Assembly: GCF_001194135.2 (NCBI RefSeq)
Contig: NC_068999.1
Coordinates: 53,519,669-53,583,668, forward strand
Length of the DNA stretch: 64,000 nt
From: Octopus bimaculoides
Lineage: Eukaryota
Direction: 5' to 3'
The notes under the pieces were generated by a model. The model saw only the letters and a list, made by a program, of their open reading frames with translations, was not told where the DNA came from and searched no databases. This document shows, piece after piece, positions 1-12,574 of this stretch. Numbering within the stretch: the stretch's first letter is position 1; each line of letters opens with the position of its first letter. A program made the translations under genes and the position numbers.

Positions 1-137
1 TTTGTTCATGGGTCTCCAAGCAATCACTCTGGTTCCTGCAGTCCCCAATTGATGTTGGAGTAATGGTGCTTCCTGCTTCAGTAGATAAGGCAGTGTCTGT
101 AGAACTCTGGCTATTGTCACTGCAATACACCAAAGGG
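1..137 (-). CDS. SAP130: SAP130 coding exon, truncated by the window edge (PLVYCSDNSQSSTDTALST...ETHEQ)
   Basis: tttttatag|C acceptor in the required phase 2; frame open to base 1. An alternative in-frame acceptor would start the exon at 119. Confidence 0.75.
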
Positions 138-2170
138 CTATAAAAATTAATGGTTTCTCTTAATTCTTGGGTTAAGGGAAATTTGGAAATCAATTGCATA
201 AATTTTATAATATATATTTTAACAGAAAACTAAGCAGGTATTAGAAGTTTTGTAAAGCATAAGGGAGAGAGTATTTGAAAAGAAGCAACTATTTGAACTC
301 CATGTAATGAACCATAAAAAGAGAGATTTTGAAATCTATTATTTTATTAGCCAATAGGAATTGAAGTTAATAGAAAAGATAGATTAATAATTAGCTAAGC
401 AGACTCATGCAACTTTATCTGGGATTTGCTGAGACCCAAATGCTTTGGATTTTTAATTCTTTTCCAATATGCAAGGAAACTGCTGAATTTAAGCATCAAA
501 ACAATAATTGCCATGATAACAGTGAATGCAGCTCAATTGTTGTAACACTGTATCATGTTGCAAACGGCTGTTTGATGCCACATGGTCTTAACAAAATACA
601 TGGCGACACAGCTGAGTAATAGTGTGGCTGTAGTGCTATATATAAGCAGAGCTTGATTCATTGGTGTCATTTACACCAAGCACATTTAACACCCATACTC
701 CATGCTTGCATGGGTTAGATGATTCAACAGGGATCAGCTACCTAAAGGGCTACGTCGATCTCCAATATCCGCTTTGATAAGGTTTCTACAGTTCGATGCC
801 CTAACACCACTCACTTCACAAAGTATACTGGGTGCTTTTGTTGTCACCAATTATAGTGAGGTTACCAAGTAACTCACAAGACAAGACACCTTGACAGAGT
901 GAAGGTGACTTTGTGGCAGGTGTTGAGAGGCTGTATATCTATAAAGCCTAAGCCTTGATCTATATCACAGATAACAGTCCCACCAGATGTTCTGGTACTT
1001 ATTCCTGACACAAAAGACCTTGTAGAACATAACATTTTAACCAGAAATTAAAAAAAAAGTTCAGACAGTGGATTGAACTCAGCTATCTCATTGCCACCAG
1101 TTATTTGCCTGGTTGAGGCAGGATGCAAGGAACCACAAAGGCCTCAGTGGTTTAACAGGTCAGCATCTCAGCTGAACAGCCATCAGCTTGTATAAACACT
1201 AATTCCATTAGACACAGCACAGGCCAAGTGACTTATGTAAGGCAGTGAACGCTGCCTGTTCCATTCCTTCACATGAGAAAGGGGTGGAAAATCGAAATGT
1301 TTGAAAGCATTGCAATACTTTCAAATCACCTTAATCAACTCTGAGAGAAAGAAATCAGAAAAAATATTCATTTGAATTTCAAATCTCAGAAGAGAATGAT
1401 AATCAAAAGATTGGTTGAAATTTTGTCTAAAAGTGAAAATTAAGGGAAAAAAAAACTGAGAAAGTAAGAATTACTAGAGAGTGGGAGGAGAAGGAGGGTT
1501 GAAATCATTGATGTTAGTAGAGAATTGTTAATAAGGAGAGGGTGGTCGATGGGAAGGTGAAAGTAAGTTTAGCTAGACTCAGTTACAGTAAAGGGGAAGC
1601 CTATAGTATTCTAATGTTAAAGGAGTTATTTTCTTTTTTCTTTTCACAAAGCAATCAACTTACCCAGCTGGAGTTTTCGGAGAACTTGTATTGGACTGAG
1701 GTATGGAATCTTGTCTTGGACTCTGAGTGATTTCAGTTGAGCTTGAAGAGTGTAATCCAAATGATTTCTTCACACTGACAGCAGCACTGAAATTAAAAAA
1801 AAAAAAAAAAGGACTAATTAGGTGATAGAATTTAGGTAAAATAAAACATAAAACATTCCACAGAAAGCAAACATTCAGCAACTTTTTCTCTGCTCATTAT
1901 GTAAGTCCAACTTGCTGATAGCAACAGATAATCATTAGATAGACCACATACGTTGTCTACTTTTCCATGATTGCTTGGGTCAGACAGAATTTATTGAGAC
2001 AGATTTCCTATGGCCATATGGCCTTCCTGTCACCAACCCATACCTGTTTCCCAGCAAGGTAATATTTCCTATGGCCAGATATGTTTTTGAAGGAAGACTG
2101 GAAACAGACGACATAGTATGATGCTCGTTTACAATCATCACATTGTCATGACAAGGGTACACACATACCA

Positions 2171-2498
2171 CATGGTTAAGAAGTGAATTCCATATCCCAA
2201 CTGGGTTCAGTTCCACTGCATGGCACTTTGGGCAAATGTCTTCTACTATAGTCCAGAGCTGACCAAAGCCTTGTAAGTGGATTTGGTAGAAGGAAACTGA
2301 AAGAAGTTTGTTGTATACATGTGTATCTTTGTCCCACACCACCACTTGACAACCGATGTAAGTGTGCTTATATCTCCATAGCTTAGTGGTTCAACATAAG
2401 AGATCAATACAATAAGTACCAGGCTTTACAAAAAAGTACTGGGGTTGATTCATTCAACTAAAAATAAATCCTTGACGATGGTGCCCCAGCATGGCTGC
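2171..2498 (+). mobile_element. SINE family A, diverged copy
   Basis: Head ggttcagttccactgcatggcactttgggcaa and tail ggtgccccagcatggc. Further copies or fragments lie at about 7955-8100(-), 9110-9357(-), 11050-11110(+), 28340-28585(-), 30135-30385(+), 32812-33180(+) and 53065-53460(-). Confidence 0.8.
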
Positions 2499-2857
2499 AA
2501 CAAAAGATAAAAGATGCAACCATTCCAGCATATGTGCATAAGCTAATCCAGACTATGACTAGCTCAGATGCCTTAATTCTCAAGACGAAAATAATCACCT
2601 CACACTTCAAAAATATCCCTCTATACTGTCTTAGCATCTTTCTTCTATCCAAATATTAATTTATTCTCTTACATTGCATTCCCTTACATCTCTCTCTCTC
2701 TCTTTCACTCACTCTCACACATACACACAACAACAGGCTGACTACATTCATGCAAGCCAGTTCCAAAGGGCCCATTACTGCAAGCAACTTTTCCTTCAGA
2801 CACTAAAAGTGTGCAGCACTCGAAAATAAAAGTAAGAAAATCAAAATGAAGCCTTAC

Positions 2858-3029
2858 CCATCGTTGGGTCTCTTGCGAAGAATACTTGGTCTCGGTGAAG
2901 AATTGTTGATATTTGGAGTGTTAGTGTTATTGGGGAGACTACTAGGAGCCTGCTGTATGAGGGCAGCTCCACTCAAAATGCTGACAGGGGTTGGTGCTGA
3001 ACAACTCACAATCTCAGCTGTTGGAGTCA
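2858..3029 (-). CDS. SAP130: SAP130 coding exon (TPTAEIV...SSPRPSILRKRPNDG)
   Basis: catgttttag|TG...GATGG|gtaagg; 172 nt, phase 1 to 2; carries the SAP130 hallmark SPRPSILRK. Confidence 0.93.
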
Positions 3030-3326
3030 CTAAAACATGTAGAAGAGGAACAAAAAAATGAAAACTCATTCACAGCTCAACTTGGAAATCTGAGAAATAT
3101 TTAAGGACAGAAAATATTAAAATATTATGAAACAGGAATAGTGATTCCACTTTAAACATTTACTGCTGAAGGTGTTATTGGTTTAATTCAACTAGTTCAA
3201 CCCTATGGCTACCCAGACTGTTTTACCAAAATGTAGTCATTTTAAACTTGATGGTGGCGATGACGACAACGATGGTGGTGGTGGTTAAAACAAAGAGAAA
3301 AAAAAAAAAGGAAAAGATAAACTCAC

Positions 3327-3551
3327 TTTCTTGCGTGGCTGTTACTACAGGAGTGGTGGTGTTTGCTGTCATCGTGGTGCTGACAGCCTGTGCTGGAGTG
3401 TATTGAGACGTCACAGGAAACGAACCTCGCAGGGGATCAACAGCGACTAGCATAGAGTTAACATGCATAGCAGAGGTGTTCTGAGTCAGGTTCATACAGT
3501 GACCGCCAGCTGTTGGTAGTGTGGTAGAGTAGTTAGCAGTATTACTCGATA
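3327..3551 (-). CDS. SAP130: SAP130 coding exon (ISSNTANY...HVNSMLVAVDP...ATQE)
   Basis: ttattatttag|TA...GAAA|gtgagt; 225 nt, phase 1-1. Confidence 0.87.
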
Positions 3552-4100
3552 CTAAATAATAAAATAACAACAGCAATAATAATGATGGAGACACACTGGC
3601 ACAAAGCCACAACATTTTTTAGTCTAGGTGTTATGTCAATTAAATTGCACTTTTCTTTTATAGTCTACTTAGAAAGGAGAGCAATGTCCATGCCTCTTTC
3701 AGGACCTCCAAGAGATGAGAGGGAAGGAGGGAAAAATGTGACTAAATTGGAGACCTTGCCTGAATGTATACAACAGAGTGGACACTGCTAAAAGCATGCA
3801 AGGTGTCATGTACTGATGTTAAATGGGACAACAGATTAGGTCTACCACCCATGTAAGCCATGGTGGAATTTGAACTCAGAATGCAAAGAGCTGGAACAAA
3901 TACTGCAAGGCATTCTTATGAATCACCTCAGTATATTACTAGTGCTTTGGCAGGATTTAAACTTAGAACATAAAGAGCCATGAGACACCAGATTTGGCTG
4001 GTTTAAACATGAAACAAGTAGAATATTTGCTCTGGTTATGGCTGGTTTAAATGGTAAAAAGGTAAAAATAATAATCGGAAAGCAAAAGAGGAAAACTTAC

Positions 4101-4210
4101 TAATACTTGGCCGAACAGTGGCATGAGACATAGGATAAACAGGGTAGGACATCTTATAAATCAACTCTGGTTGCATATACTGCTGCATGTGTGGTACAAC
4201 TGTGGCACGG
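4101..4210 (-). CDS. SAP130: SAP130 coding exon (RATVVPHMQQYMQPELIYKMSYPVYPM...)
   Basis: aattgacag|C...ATTA|gtaagt; 110 nt, phase 2 to 1; Y/P-rich like human QFQYFLPTYPPSAYP. Confidence 0.87.
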
Positions 4211-4389
4211 CTGTCAATTAAAAGAAACAAACAAAAAATCAACACAATTCATATAATGTCAAGTATCTGCACATAAAGGTTGGCAACAAGAAGCACACCC
4301 AGCCACAGAAGTTCTGTCTAACTCATGTCAACACAAAAAAATAGATGTAAAACAAAATGACCATACACACAAGTCTTTTCTCATATCCT

Positions 4390-4611
4390 TTAACCCTCGA
4401 GTATTTGGATTACTGTCAAATGCAACACTCATTCATTCACACTGTTTAAATTAGTCAGGCATTATCTTGTAGCTTTGAGATTTCACTGATGTGATTGTTT
4501 ATGTTTTGAATGACATTGTAGGGTAGGTATGGGAGGCCAGATTTGGTTGGTTTGAGTATAAAACAAGGATATCTGGGCCAGATATGGCCGGTTTAAATGC
4601 TAAAAGGTTAA
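4390..4611 (+). mobile_element. piggyBac-type MITE of about 220 bp
   Basis: TTAA-CCCT...AAAAGG-TTAA termini. The family recurs at 8410-8637, 8847-9074, 29160-29388, 31505-31670, 32493-32728 and 61733-61930. Confidence 0.8.
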
Positions 4612-4624
4612 AAAACCCACTTAC

Positions 4625-4886
4625 CCTTCTTGTCTGTTGTCAGTGTGTGTAACAGTAGGGTTACCACTTGATATAGTGGTGGCCAAAGAAGTACAACCTG
4701 CTGATGCTCTTGGGGCCTGGGCAGGGATGAAGTAGTTGTTGGTGGCAGCAGTCTGGGTTGGTTGACCATGGCTTTGGCTATCAGATCGCGTTTCCTGGTT
4801 TATGGGGTGCACTGCTGCTGCCGCTGCCGCTGCTGCAGCCTGCGTGATGTGTGATGACGCTTGTTGACGCTGTGGTGTCACTTTAG
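4625..4886 (-). CDS. SAP130: SAP130 coding exon (AKVTPQRQQ...DNRQE)
   Basis: tttccccttcag|CTAAAG...GAAGG|gtaagt; 262 nt, phase 1 to 2. Confidence 0.9.
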
Positions 4887-5457
4887 CTGAAGGGGAAATA
4901 AATACATTTTTAGACATTCCAAGAAATCAAATACTCGTAACATACACACAACAATAAGATCAACTGTGTCACCATTCAACCATGGCAGCTGACCTATAAT
5001 ACAGAGGTCAACAAACAGATTTTCCAGAAGACTAAACCTGTTGTGCATGAGCAAATGAAGGAACCTCCACACACTTCAAATTTTGCTAGAGATAGCAACT
5101 AAGTCATATCATATTGTCTTAGTTGACCTAGGGCTAAACAGTGTACTATACATGTTATTAACTGTGGATGAAGACGACACTGTATATTCTATATCATTGT
5201 TGCTGCATTTAACTTGGCACAAACCGACCCACAACAAACACAGAGGTTGCTAAACATGGTACTTGAAAAGTGATCTGTAGTCTCCAACACATTACACACA
5301 CCACTTAGACTGGAATTGTATCAAGAAATTGCTAAAATATTTTCTGTATTGTAGAAGTATAAGCAATTTATTGCACGTAATTTTTAATAACTAAATCTTA
5401 TATGGCCCCCCTGTTGAGAACCACTGATATATAGAGAGAGGTGACTGAAAATGTTTA

Positions 5458-5619
5458 GCAGGCATGGCTGTATGGTAAGAAACTCGCTTCCCAATCACAT
5501 GGCACCGGGTTCAGTCCCACTGCATGGCACCTTGCACAAATGTCTTCTACTATAGTCTTGGACTGACCAAAGCCTTGTAAGTGGATTTGGTAGACAGAAA
5601 CCAAAAGAAGCCCATTGAG

Positions 5620-5652
<33 letters not shown>

Positions 5653-5865
5653 TTGTGTGTATGTATGTCTGTGTGTGGTCTTTGTTTGTCCCACCATTAC
5701 TTGACAACCAGTGTTGGTGTGTTTACGTCCCCATAACTTAGCAGTTTGGCAAAAGAGTCTGATAGAATAAGTACTAGGCTTTAAAAAAGTCCTGGGGTCG
5801 ATTTGCTCAACTAAAACCCTTCGTGGTGGTGCTCCAGCATGGCCACAGTCAAATGACTGAAACAT
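5458..5865 (+). mobile_element. SINE family A, full copy
   Basis: Colinear with 56092-56487 over head, (TG)n and tail. Confidence 0.88.
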
Positions 5866-6004
5866 ACTGTCCAAAGAAACAGGATACAAGTACAGTAACA
5901 AGAGATCACATTACTATGATGTTGATGTGGCTCCAAGATATGTCTATGTATGTTAACTTACTCACATGGCAATAAAAGTCGCAAGGACAAAGACAGATAC
6001 TCAC

Positions 6005-6121
6005 CAATTGGTATGGATGAAGGTATTGATGTCGTAGACGTCGTGGCTGTGGTTGAGACTGCAGCAGCTTGGGTAACAGAACTGCTGGACGTGGCAGCTG
6101 GTTGGTTAGGCATGCTGATCG
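6005..6121 (-). CDS. SAP130: SAP130 coding exon (AISMPNQPAA...SIPSSIPI)
   Basis: gtttcaatag|CG...ATTG|gtgagt; 117 nt, phase 1-1; joins the next exon to give SIPIAKVTPQ. Confidence 0.9.
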
Positions 6122-6584
6122 CTATTGAAACAAACAATTTTACAATTAACCCTTTGGTATTCAGATTATTTCGTTAAATGTTTGTGCATTCACATTGTTT
6201 TCAATTGATTATGCATTATATTGTAGCTTCAAGATTTTAATGTAATTGTAGATTTTTAGAACGACACTGTAGGGTCACATACAGCTGACTTGAACATTTA
6301 CATGTGTGTTTGCAAAAGCAATGTTATAATAACAAGAAGGCCAAGTTGTGTTTGTACAATGATGACGAGGGAATCCTATAACCCGGTGGTTCCCAAACTA
6401 TGAGTCGCGACCCACTGAGGGGTCGTGAACGGAATCCTAGTGGGATGCAAAGAGTTATTAAATTACGCATTAGCTTTGATTAACTGCTGTCTATCAAGAT
6501 AGTTCAGGGCTCAGGTTTCCAATACCAGACTGGTTGTTTTATCAAGCAGTCGGCTTTTTTCACAAACTTAACAAATCAGAGGTA

Positions 6585-7712
6585 CTCTTTCACTTGTTTC
6601 AGTCATTTGACTGCGGCCATGCTGGAGCACCGCCTTTAGTCAGGAAAATCGACCCCAGGACTTATTCTTTGTAACCCTAGTACTTATTCTATCAGTCTCT
6701 TTTTGCCGAACCGCTAAGTTATGGGGACATAAACACACCAGCATCGGTTGCCAAGCGAAGTTGGGGGGGACAAACACAGACACACAAACATACACATATA
6801 TATATATATATATANNNNNNNNNNNNNNNNNNNNNNNNNNNNNNNNNNNNNNNNNNNNNNNNNNNNNNNNNNNNNNNNNNNNNNNNNNNNNNNNNNNNNN
6901 NNNNNNNNNNNNNNNNNNNNNNNNNNNNNNNNNNNNNNNNNNNNNNNNNNNNNNNNNNNNNNNNNNNNNNNNNNNNNNNNNNNNNNNNNNNNNNNNNNNN
7001 NNNNNNNNNNNNNNNNNNNNNNNNNNNNNNNNNNNNNNNNNNNNNNNNNNNNNNNNNNNNNNNNNNNNNNNNNNNNNNNNNNNNNNNNNNNNNNNNNNNN
7101 NNNNNNNNNNNNNNNNNNNNNNNNNNNNNNNNNNNNNNNNNNNNNNNNNNNNNNNNNNNNNNNNNNNNNNNNNNNNNNNNNNNNNNNNNNNNNNNNNNNN
7201 NNNNNNNNNNNNNNNNNNNNNNNNNNNNNNNNNNNNNNNNNNNNNNNNNNNNNNNNNNNNNNNNNNNNNNNNNNNNNNNNNNNNNNNNNNNNNNNNNNNN
7301 NNNNNNNNNNNNNNNNNNNNNNNNNNNNNNNNNNNNNNNNNNNNNNNNNNNNNNNNNNNNNNNNNNNNNNNNNNNNNNNNNNNNNNNNNNNNNNNNNNNN
7401 NNNNNNNNNNNNNNNNNNNNNNNNNNNNNNNNNNNNNNNNNNNNNNNNNNNNNNNNNNNNNNNNNNNNNNNNNNNNNNNNNNNNNNNNNNNNNNNNNNNN
7501 NNNNNNNNNNNNNNNNNNNNNNNNNNNNNNNNNNNNNNNNNNNNNNNNNNNNNNACACACAACGGGCTTCTTTCAGTTTCTGTCTAACAAACCCAACCAC
7601 AAGGCTTTGGTTGGCCTGAACCTATAGTAGAAGACATTTGCCCAAGGTGTCATGCAGTGGGACTGAACCCAGAACCATGTGGTTGGGAAGCAAGCTTCTT
7701 ACCACACAGCCA
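6585..7712 (-). mobile_element. SINE family A, copy spanning N-gap 6815-7554
   Basis: Tail at 6585-6790 and head at 7560-7712 are reverse complements of 56092-56487; the gap falls in the central microsatellite. Confidence 0.85.
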
Positions 7713-7912
7713 CTCATATCTCATCACCATCATTCAATGTCCATTTTCCATGCTAGCATAGGTGGGATGATTTGACAGGTTCTGGCAAGCCAGAAGACTG
7801 CACCAGGCTTCACTGTCTGATTAAGCATGGATTTTACGGTTGGATGCCCTTCATAATGCCAACCACCTTACAGAGTGAACCCTCTGTGTGTTTGTGTATG
7901 TATGTGTATGTG

Positions 7913-7946
<34 letters not shown>

Positions 7947-8180
7947 AACAATAAGCTTCCACAGTTTCTAACTACCGAATTCACTCACAAGACAGATTGG
8001 CCTGGGGCTATAGTAAAAGACATTTGCCTCAGTGCCACACAGTGGGACTGAACTCAAAACTACAGGGTTGCAAAGCAACATTCTTAACAACACAGCCATA
8101 TCTGTCTATATCACAATGCACATACAAAATTGCTCAGATTTAAAAAAAAAGAGATAAATAAACAATCAAGATTCACTTAC

Positions 8181-8264
8181 CTGCTAAGGTCTTGGTAGCC
8201 ATTGATTTCGATGCCTCCTTGGTCAGATCAACTAACTGGTTAACAGTATTCCACTTAGCACCAC
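8181..8264 (-). CDS. SAP130: SAP130 coding exon (GGAKWNTVNQLVDLTKEASKSMATKTLA)
   Basis: gttgtttcag|GT...GCAG|gtaagt; 84 nt, phase 1-1, open. Confidence 0.82.
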
Positions 8265-8409
8265 CTGAAACAACATCAAATGTGACCCATAGGCCATGGT
8301 CAGGTTTTTGTTATTGAATTATAATCAATTCTTACATATCACATAACAACTGTATAAATTTTAACAATGGCAAATGCTATTTTAACCAAGACAAAATACA
8401 GAAGCAACA

Positions 8410-9074
8410 TTAGCCATTTAGCATTTAAATTGACAGCATCTGTCCAAAGTAATCTTCCTGGTTTATATTCCAATTGGCCAGATCTAGTTTCTTGCACCTA
8501 TCCTATAACATCATTTTAAAAATAAACAATCCCACAATTGTAATCTCAAAGCAACAAGACAATGCATGATAAATTGAAAACAATGTCAATAAATAAGTGT
8601 TATATTTGACAGAGTAATCCAAATGCTAAAGGGTTAATTATTATTTTTATTGTTTATTAATTAGCAGTGTTCGTGGTGCAATGATAGCAACAAAGATATT
8701 CTCTGTTCTGCAGCTCTGAGCTTTGTTCTCCTCTGTTTACATCTTCATTGTAAATACTCTTGGGAAATTATGAACATACCAACATCCCTATATTGCACTT
8801 GTGGCAGAAATCATTGTTCTTCACAAGGTTATCAGTTTTAGGATTATTAATCCTTTAGCACTTAAACCAGCCATATCAGGCTCAAATATTTTAGCTGTTT
8901 TGCTATGTTCAAACCAGCCAGATCCAGCCTCTTACCCCTATCCAACAATGTCATTCTAAAAATAATCATTATCATCAACCTCTTGAAGATGTGAGATAAT
9001 GCAGGATTAATTCAAAACAGTGTGAATAAATAAGCATTAATTTTGACAGTGTAATCTGAATGCTAAACAGTTAA
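8410..9074 (-). mobile_element. Two adjacent piggyBac-type MITE copies (8410-8637, 8847-9074)
   Basis: Ends ttaatcctttagca / aatgctaaagggttaa; internal sequence is the reverse complement of 4390-4611. Confidence 0.8.
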
Positions 9075-9814
9075 TAACCTCATCTTAATAAATAAATATT
9101 TTTATCTTATACTTCTTTTGCTGAGCTAGTAAGTTAACAGAGATGTAAACAAACCAACACTAGTTGTCAAATGATAGGGCAGGGACAAACACAGACACAC
9201 ACGACAGCCTCCTACACAAATCTTCATCTACTAAATTCACAAGGTATTGGTTGGCTCTGGTCTATAGTATAGACACTTTGCCCAAAGTGTCACACAGAGG
9301 AAGGGAACCTAAAACCAAGTGGTTGCAAAGCAAGCATCTTAACCACACAGCCATGTCTGAGTCTTAATGTTGAATAACAAAAAAAGCCTTACTTGAAAAC
9401 CAGATAAGGATTAGAAACCTAAAGAGTATCAGATTGTAGAACAATGTCTAAATAATAAACATGAATTCAGTTGCTGCTTAATTCTAGGCCAGATCTGACT
9501 GGGTGGGTACCAAGATTCCAGGTTTTCTAACACTGACCGTTCTTTCTTTTTGTCAGAAAGAAAAGAAAAGCATACTTGATAATGCAGTGCTAGATATACT
9601 AAGTAAATTGGATGTGATTCCAGGGAAATATGGCTGCTAGTTCTAACAGGTCAGGCAGTCACATAGAGGCATCTTTAGCAAGATTCAAGAATAAGCATTC
9701 AGTGTCAAATATTAACAAAGGATAGGAGGGAGGGGGAGAGTATTATTTTTTTTTTGCCTTAGATGAGAGAGAGAGAGAGGAGGAGGTTAAGAAAAAAATT
9801 CTTATAATACAGAC

Positions 9815-10080
9815 CTGGTTTTATGGCAATATTTGGTGCCAGAGGAGTTAAGGATGCTTGAGATATCATCTTTGATGCGACAGCCGTTGCAGTTGTCGGT
9901 GATGAATGGGAAATGCTAGGGTTGACAGGGAGGGCCTTGCCCTGTCCATGGCTAAACATCACCTGCGACTTAGTGGCATCAGTGGTGTTCCTCTTCTTTA
10001 GGGTGATGTGAATGTTGGAGTTTGTAGACTGAGCAGCAGTAACCACAGCGGCACTGTCACTGTACACAGGCATATTTTGC
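9815..10080 (-). CDS. SAP130: SAP130 coding exon (QNMPVYSD...IAIKP)
   Basis: tttatttttcag|GCAAAAT...CCAG|gtctgt; 266 nt, phase 2 to 1. A second in-frame acceptor would start the exon at 10119. Confidence 0.8.
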
Positions 10081-10672
10081 CTGAAAAATAAATTGTGCTT
10101 TTTGGGTTGTTTTTCAATCCTGTGAAAGAAGATGTTGACGATTAAAAAATTAAGAAACAAATGTAAAGATGTGTAGGAAAGACCAGAGAGGATAGATCAT
10201 AAATATATAGAGAGAAGTATATGTAATATCAAGGGAAGGGTGGGGGGGGGAGAACAAAAGATAGTAATGTAGAGAAGTTTAGATAATAACAAAAACAGCG
10301 AGGAAAGATAATATAAAGGAAAAGAGATAACACAGNNNNNNNNNNNNNNNNNNNNNNNNNNNNNNNNNNNNNNNNNNNNNNNNNNNNNNNNNNNNNNNNA
10401 ATTTGGAGAGAAGTGTTGATAATGATAACCAAGTGGGTAAATGATAATATAAAGAAAAGTATAGATTATTGTTTCTAGTGTAAGCACAATGCCAAAAATG
10501 CTGGCAAGGGACGAAGTTTGCTGACCCCAGTACTTTATTTTGCTGACCTCAGAGACCTGAGAGAATTTGAACTCAGAACACGAAAGCATGTGGGGGTGGG
10601 TGGGTGTAGCAATGCATTTTGTCCAACACAAATTTACCTATCTACCAACTTTTTATTGATAATAACAGCAAC

Positions 10673-10717
<45 letters not shown>

Positions 10718-11492
10718 AAAGATAACAACAAAGAACTCTGAGAGTGCTAAAAGCATAATTATCTGCATAAGCTAATATAATGCCAAAATATTGATTTCAA
10801 ATTTTGACACAAGGCCAGCAATTCAAGAGAGAGGGGGTAAGTTGATTACATTGACCCTAGTACTCAACTGGTACATTCTTTAGCAATCCCAAAAGGATGA
10901 AATGTGAAGTTGACCATGGTGGAATTTGAATCCCAGAATGTGAAGACAGACGAAATACCACTAAGCATTTTGCTCAGCATGCTAACGATTCTGTCAGCTT
11001 GCCACCTTAATAATGTCAAAATATCAAAGAAAAAGAAAAAAAAGCTAAACAATAAAGGCGGTGCTCCAGCATTGCCGCAGTCAAATGACTGAAACAAGTA
11101 AAAGAGTAAAAGAATAGAAGGAGAGATGAAAGTGGTAAAAGAAGGTAACAAAGAGAAAACGAGAAGAAAAGGAGTAACGAGAGAGGTGGAAAATAGTGTA
11201 AGATAGAGTAGTCATGTGAGGAGGAAGTGCAATGAAAAGCAACCAAGTAATTTTAAAAAATAATATTCACTAGAAAAAAAAAAATACACATATATAAAGG
11301 ATTCCTTATTGTAGGGAATGAAGTTATAAGAAATTGTGCAGTTCACACTTTTCTGAAGTGAAGTAGAGGCATTAATAATATGACAGCTCCAAGTGATCAT
11401 TGAAACTGCTATGGACAGAGCAAAGTTGTTTAGTTGATGAAGAAAAAAATGTTAAAAAATATGTTTAAAAAAAAACCCTCAACAAAGCATAC

Positions 11493-11751
11493 CTTGGTTT
11501 TTCCGATCGCAAAATGATCTGTGAGGTGGGTGCTGCACCTGCCATACTCGGCTGGTTAGCACGTGGACCTGTAACTGTAGGGGCTGTGGGCTTTATCGTT
11601 GAAATTAGAGAGTTCCGGTTCATCTGAGAGAAGACATTAGTGTTGCTGAGAATGGGAGAAGGCTGGTTGGGACGCATCACTGTAGCAGCAGCGGCGGCTG
11701 ACATGCTTGAACCGGGTTTCGGGACAGACAGAGCAGACGCAGCAGCTGCAC
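11493..11751 (-). CDS. SAP130: SAP130 coding exon (GAAAASALSVPK...SEKPR)
   Basis: ttttgctag|GTGCAGCT...CCAAG|gtatgc; 259 nt, phase 1 to 2; completes SHLPRGAAAA. Confidence 0.92.
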
Positions 11752-11849
11752 CTAGCAAAACGCAATTGGAAATGGAAATTAACCAGAGTTCAACTAAGCA
11801 GAAGGTTTTATATGTGTGTCTACATTATATACATATACACACACACACA

Positions 11850-12071
11850 TAAGGGGGTACTGCAAAAGTTCCTGGTTTTAAGGATATCGTGAAAGGTCTG
11901 GTTGGAGGCTCAACCATCGGAATTCTTTTACAGGACTTAGAAAAACTGAACGACCATGGCAATAACTGTGAATCTGAGAAGGGAATAAATATGTTCAATA
12001 AAATCACAATTACCTGATCCTCCTGTATTTTCTTTTACCCAAAGCCAAGAACTTTACAGCACCCCCTTGTA
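11850..12071. mobile_element. Mariner-type MITE
   Basis: TIRs of about 30 bp, taagggggtactgcaaaagttcctggtttt / aaagccaagaactttacagcacccccttgta, with TA ends. Confidence 0.78.
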
Positions 12072-12265
12072 TGTACATATATATATAGTGAATGTCTTAC
12101 TGCTGGATAACCTTCCTATTGCTAAAACATACCTGTTTTTTTGTTAAGTAAAGGAACTCATTCCACAAGACTTTAAAGGTGCAAAACCAGTAAATGATTT
12201 CTTGACTTCACTACTTGTAGCTCAACAACTCAAGAAACTCAAATGTAAATACACATAAAATTTAT

Positions 12266-12307
<42 letters not shown>

Positions 12308-12574
12308 TAGGTTTCTTTCAGCTTCCATCTCCCAAATCCACTCACAAGGCATTGTATAGTAAGACGGAACCCAAGACCCCATTTCAGAATCAAGCTTCTC
12401 AACTACATGGCTATGCCTTCACACACACACACACACACACAAATATAATGTACACATATAAAATACATTTTAATTCTTATGTATGCACAGGTAATCTATG
12501 ACAACAATGGACAATGACAAGCAAATGACAGAAAGAGAGACAGACAGACAGAGACAACTGAAATAGTGACTTAC

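Noticed and set aside
1075-1290. Intronic stretch with several short hairpins and an ACA near ggcagcgttcactgcc, considered as an H/ACA snoRNA or alternative exon
   Set aside because: The stems are only 4-7 bp, no two-hairpin H/ACA layout could be drawn, and the frames I translated from the candidate acceptor hit stops.
2846-3061. Plus-strand ORFs overlapping SAP130/AMBRA1 exons (also 5950-6177, 11640-11852, 12596-12787, 58131-58372)
   Set aside because: Antisense shadows of real exons; no independent splice or homology support.
6640-7627. Long ORF-track entries (279-306 aa) here and at 27936-28379, 57285-57845 and 59414-60357
   Set aside because: They are mostly X from N-gaps plus dinucleotide repeats; only the LINE piece at 60264-60530 is real coding-derived sequence.
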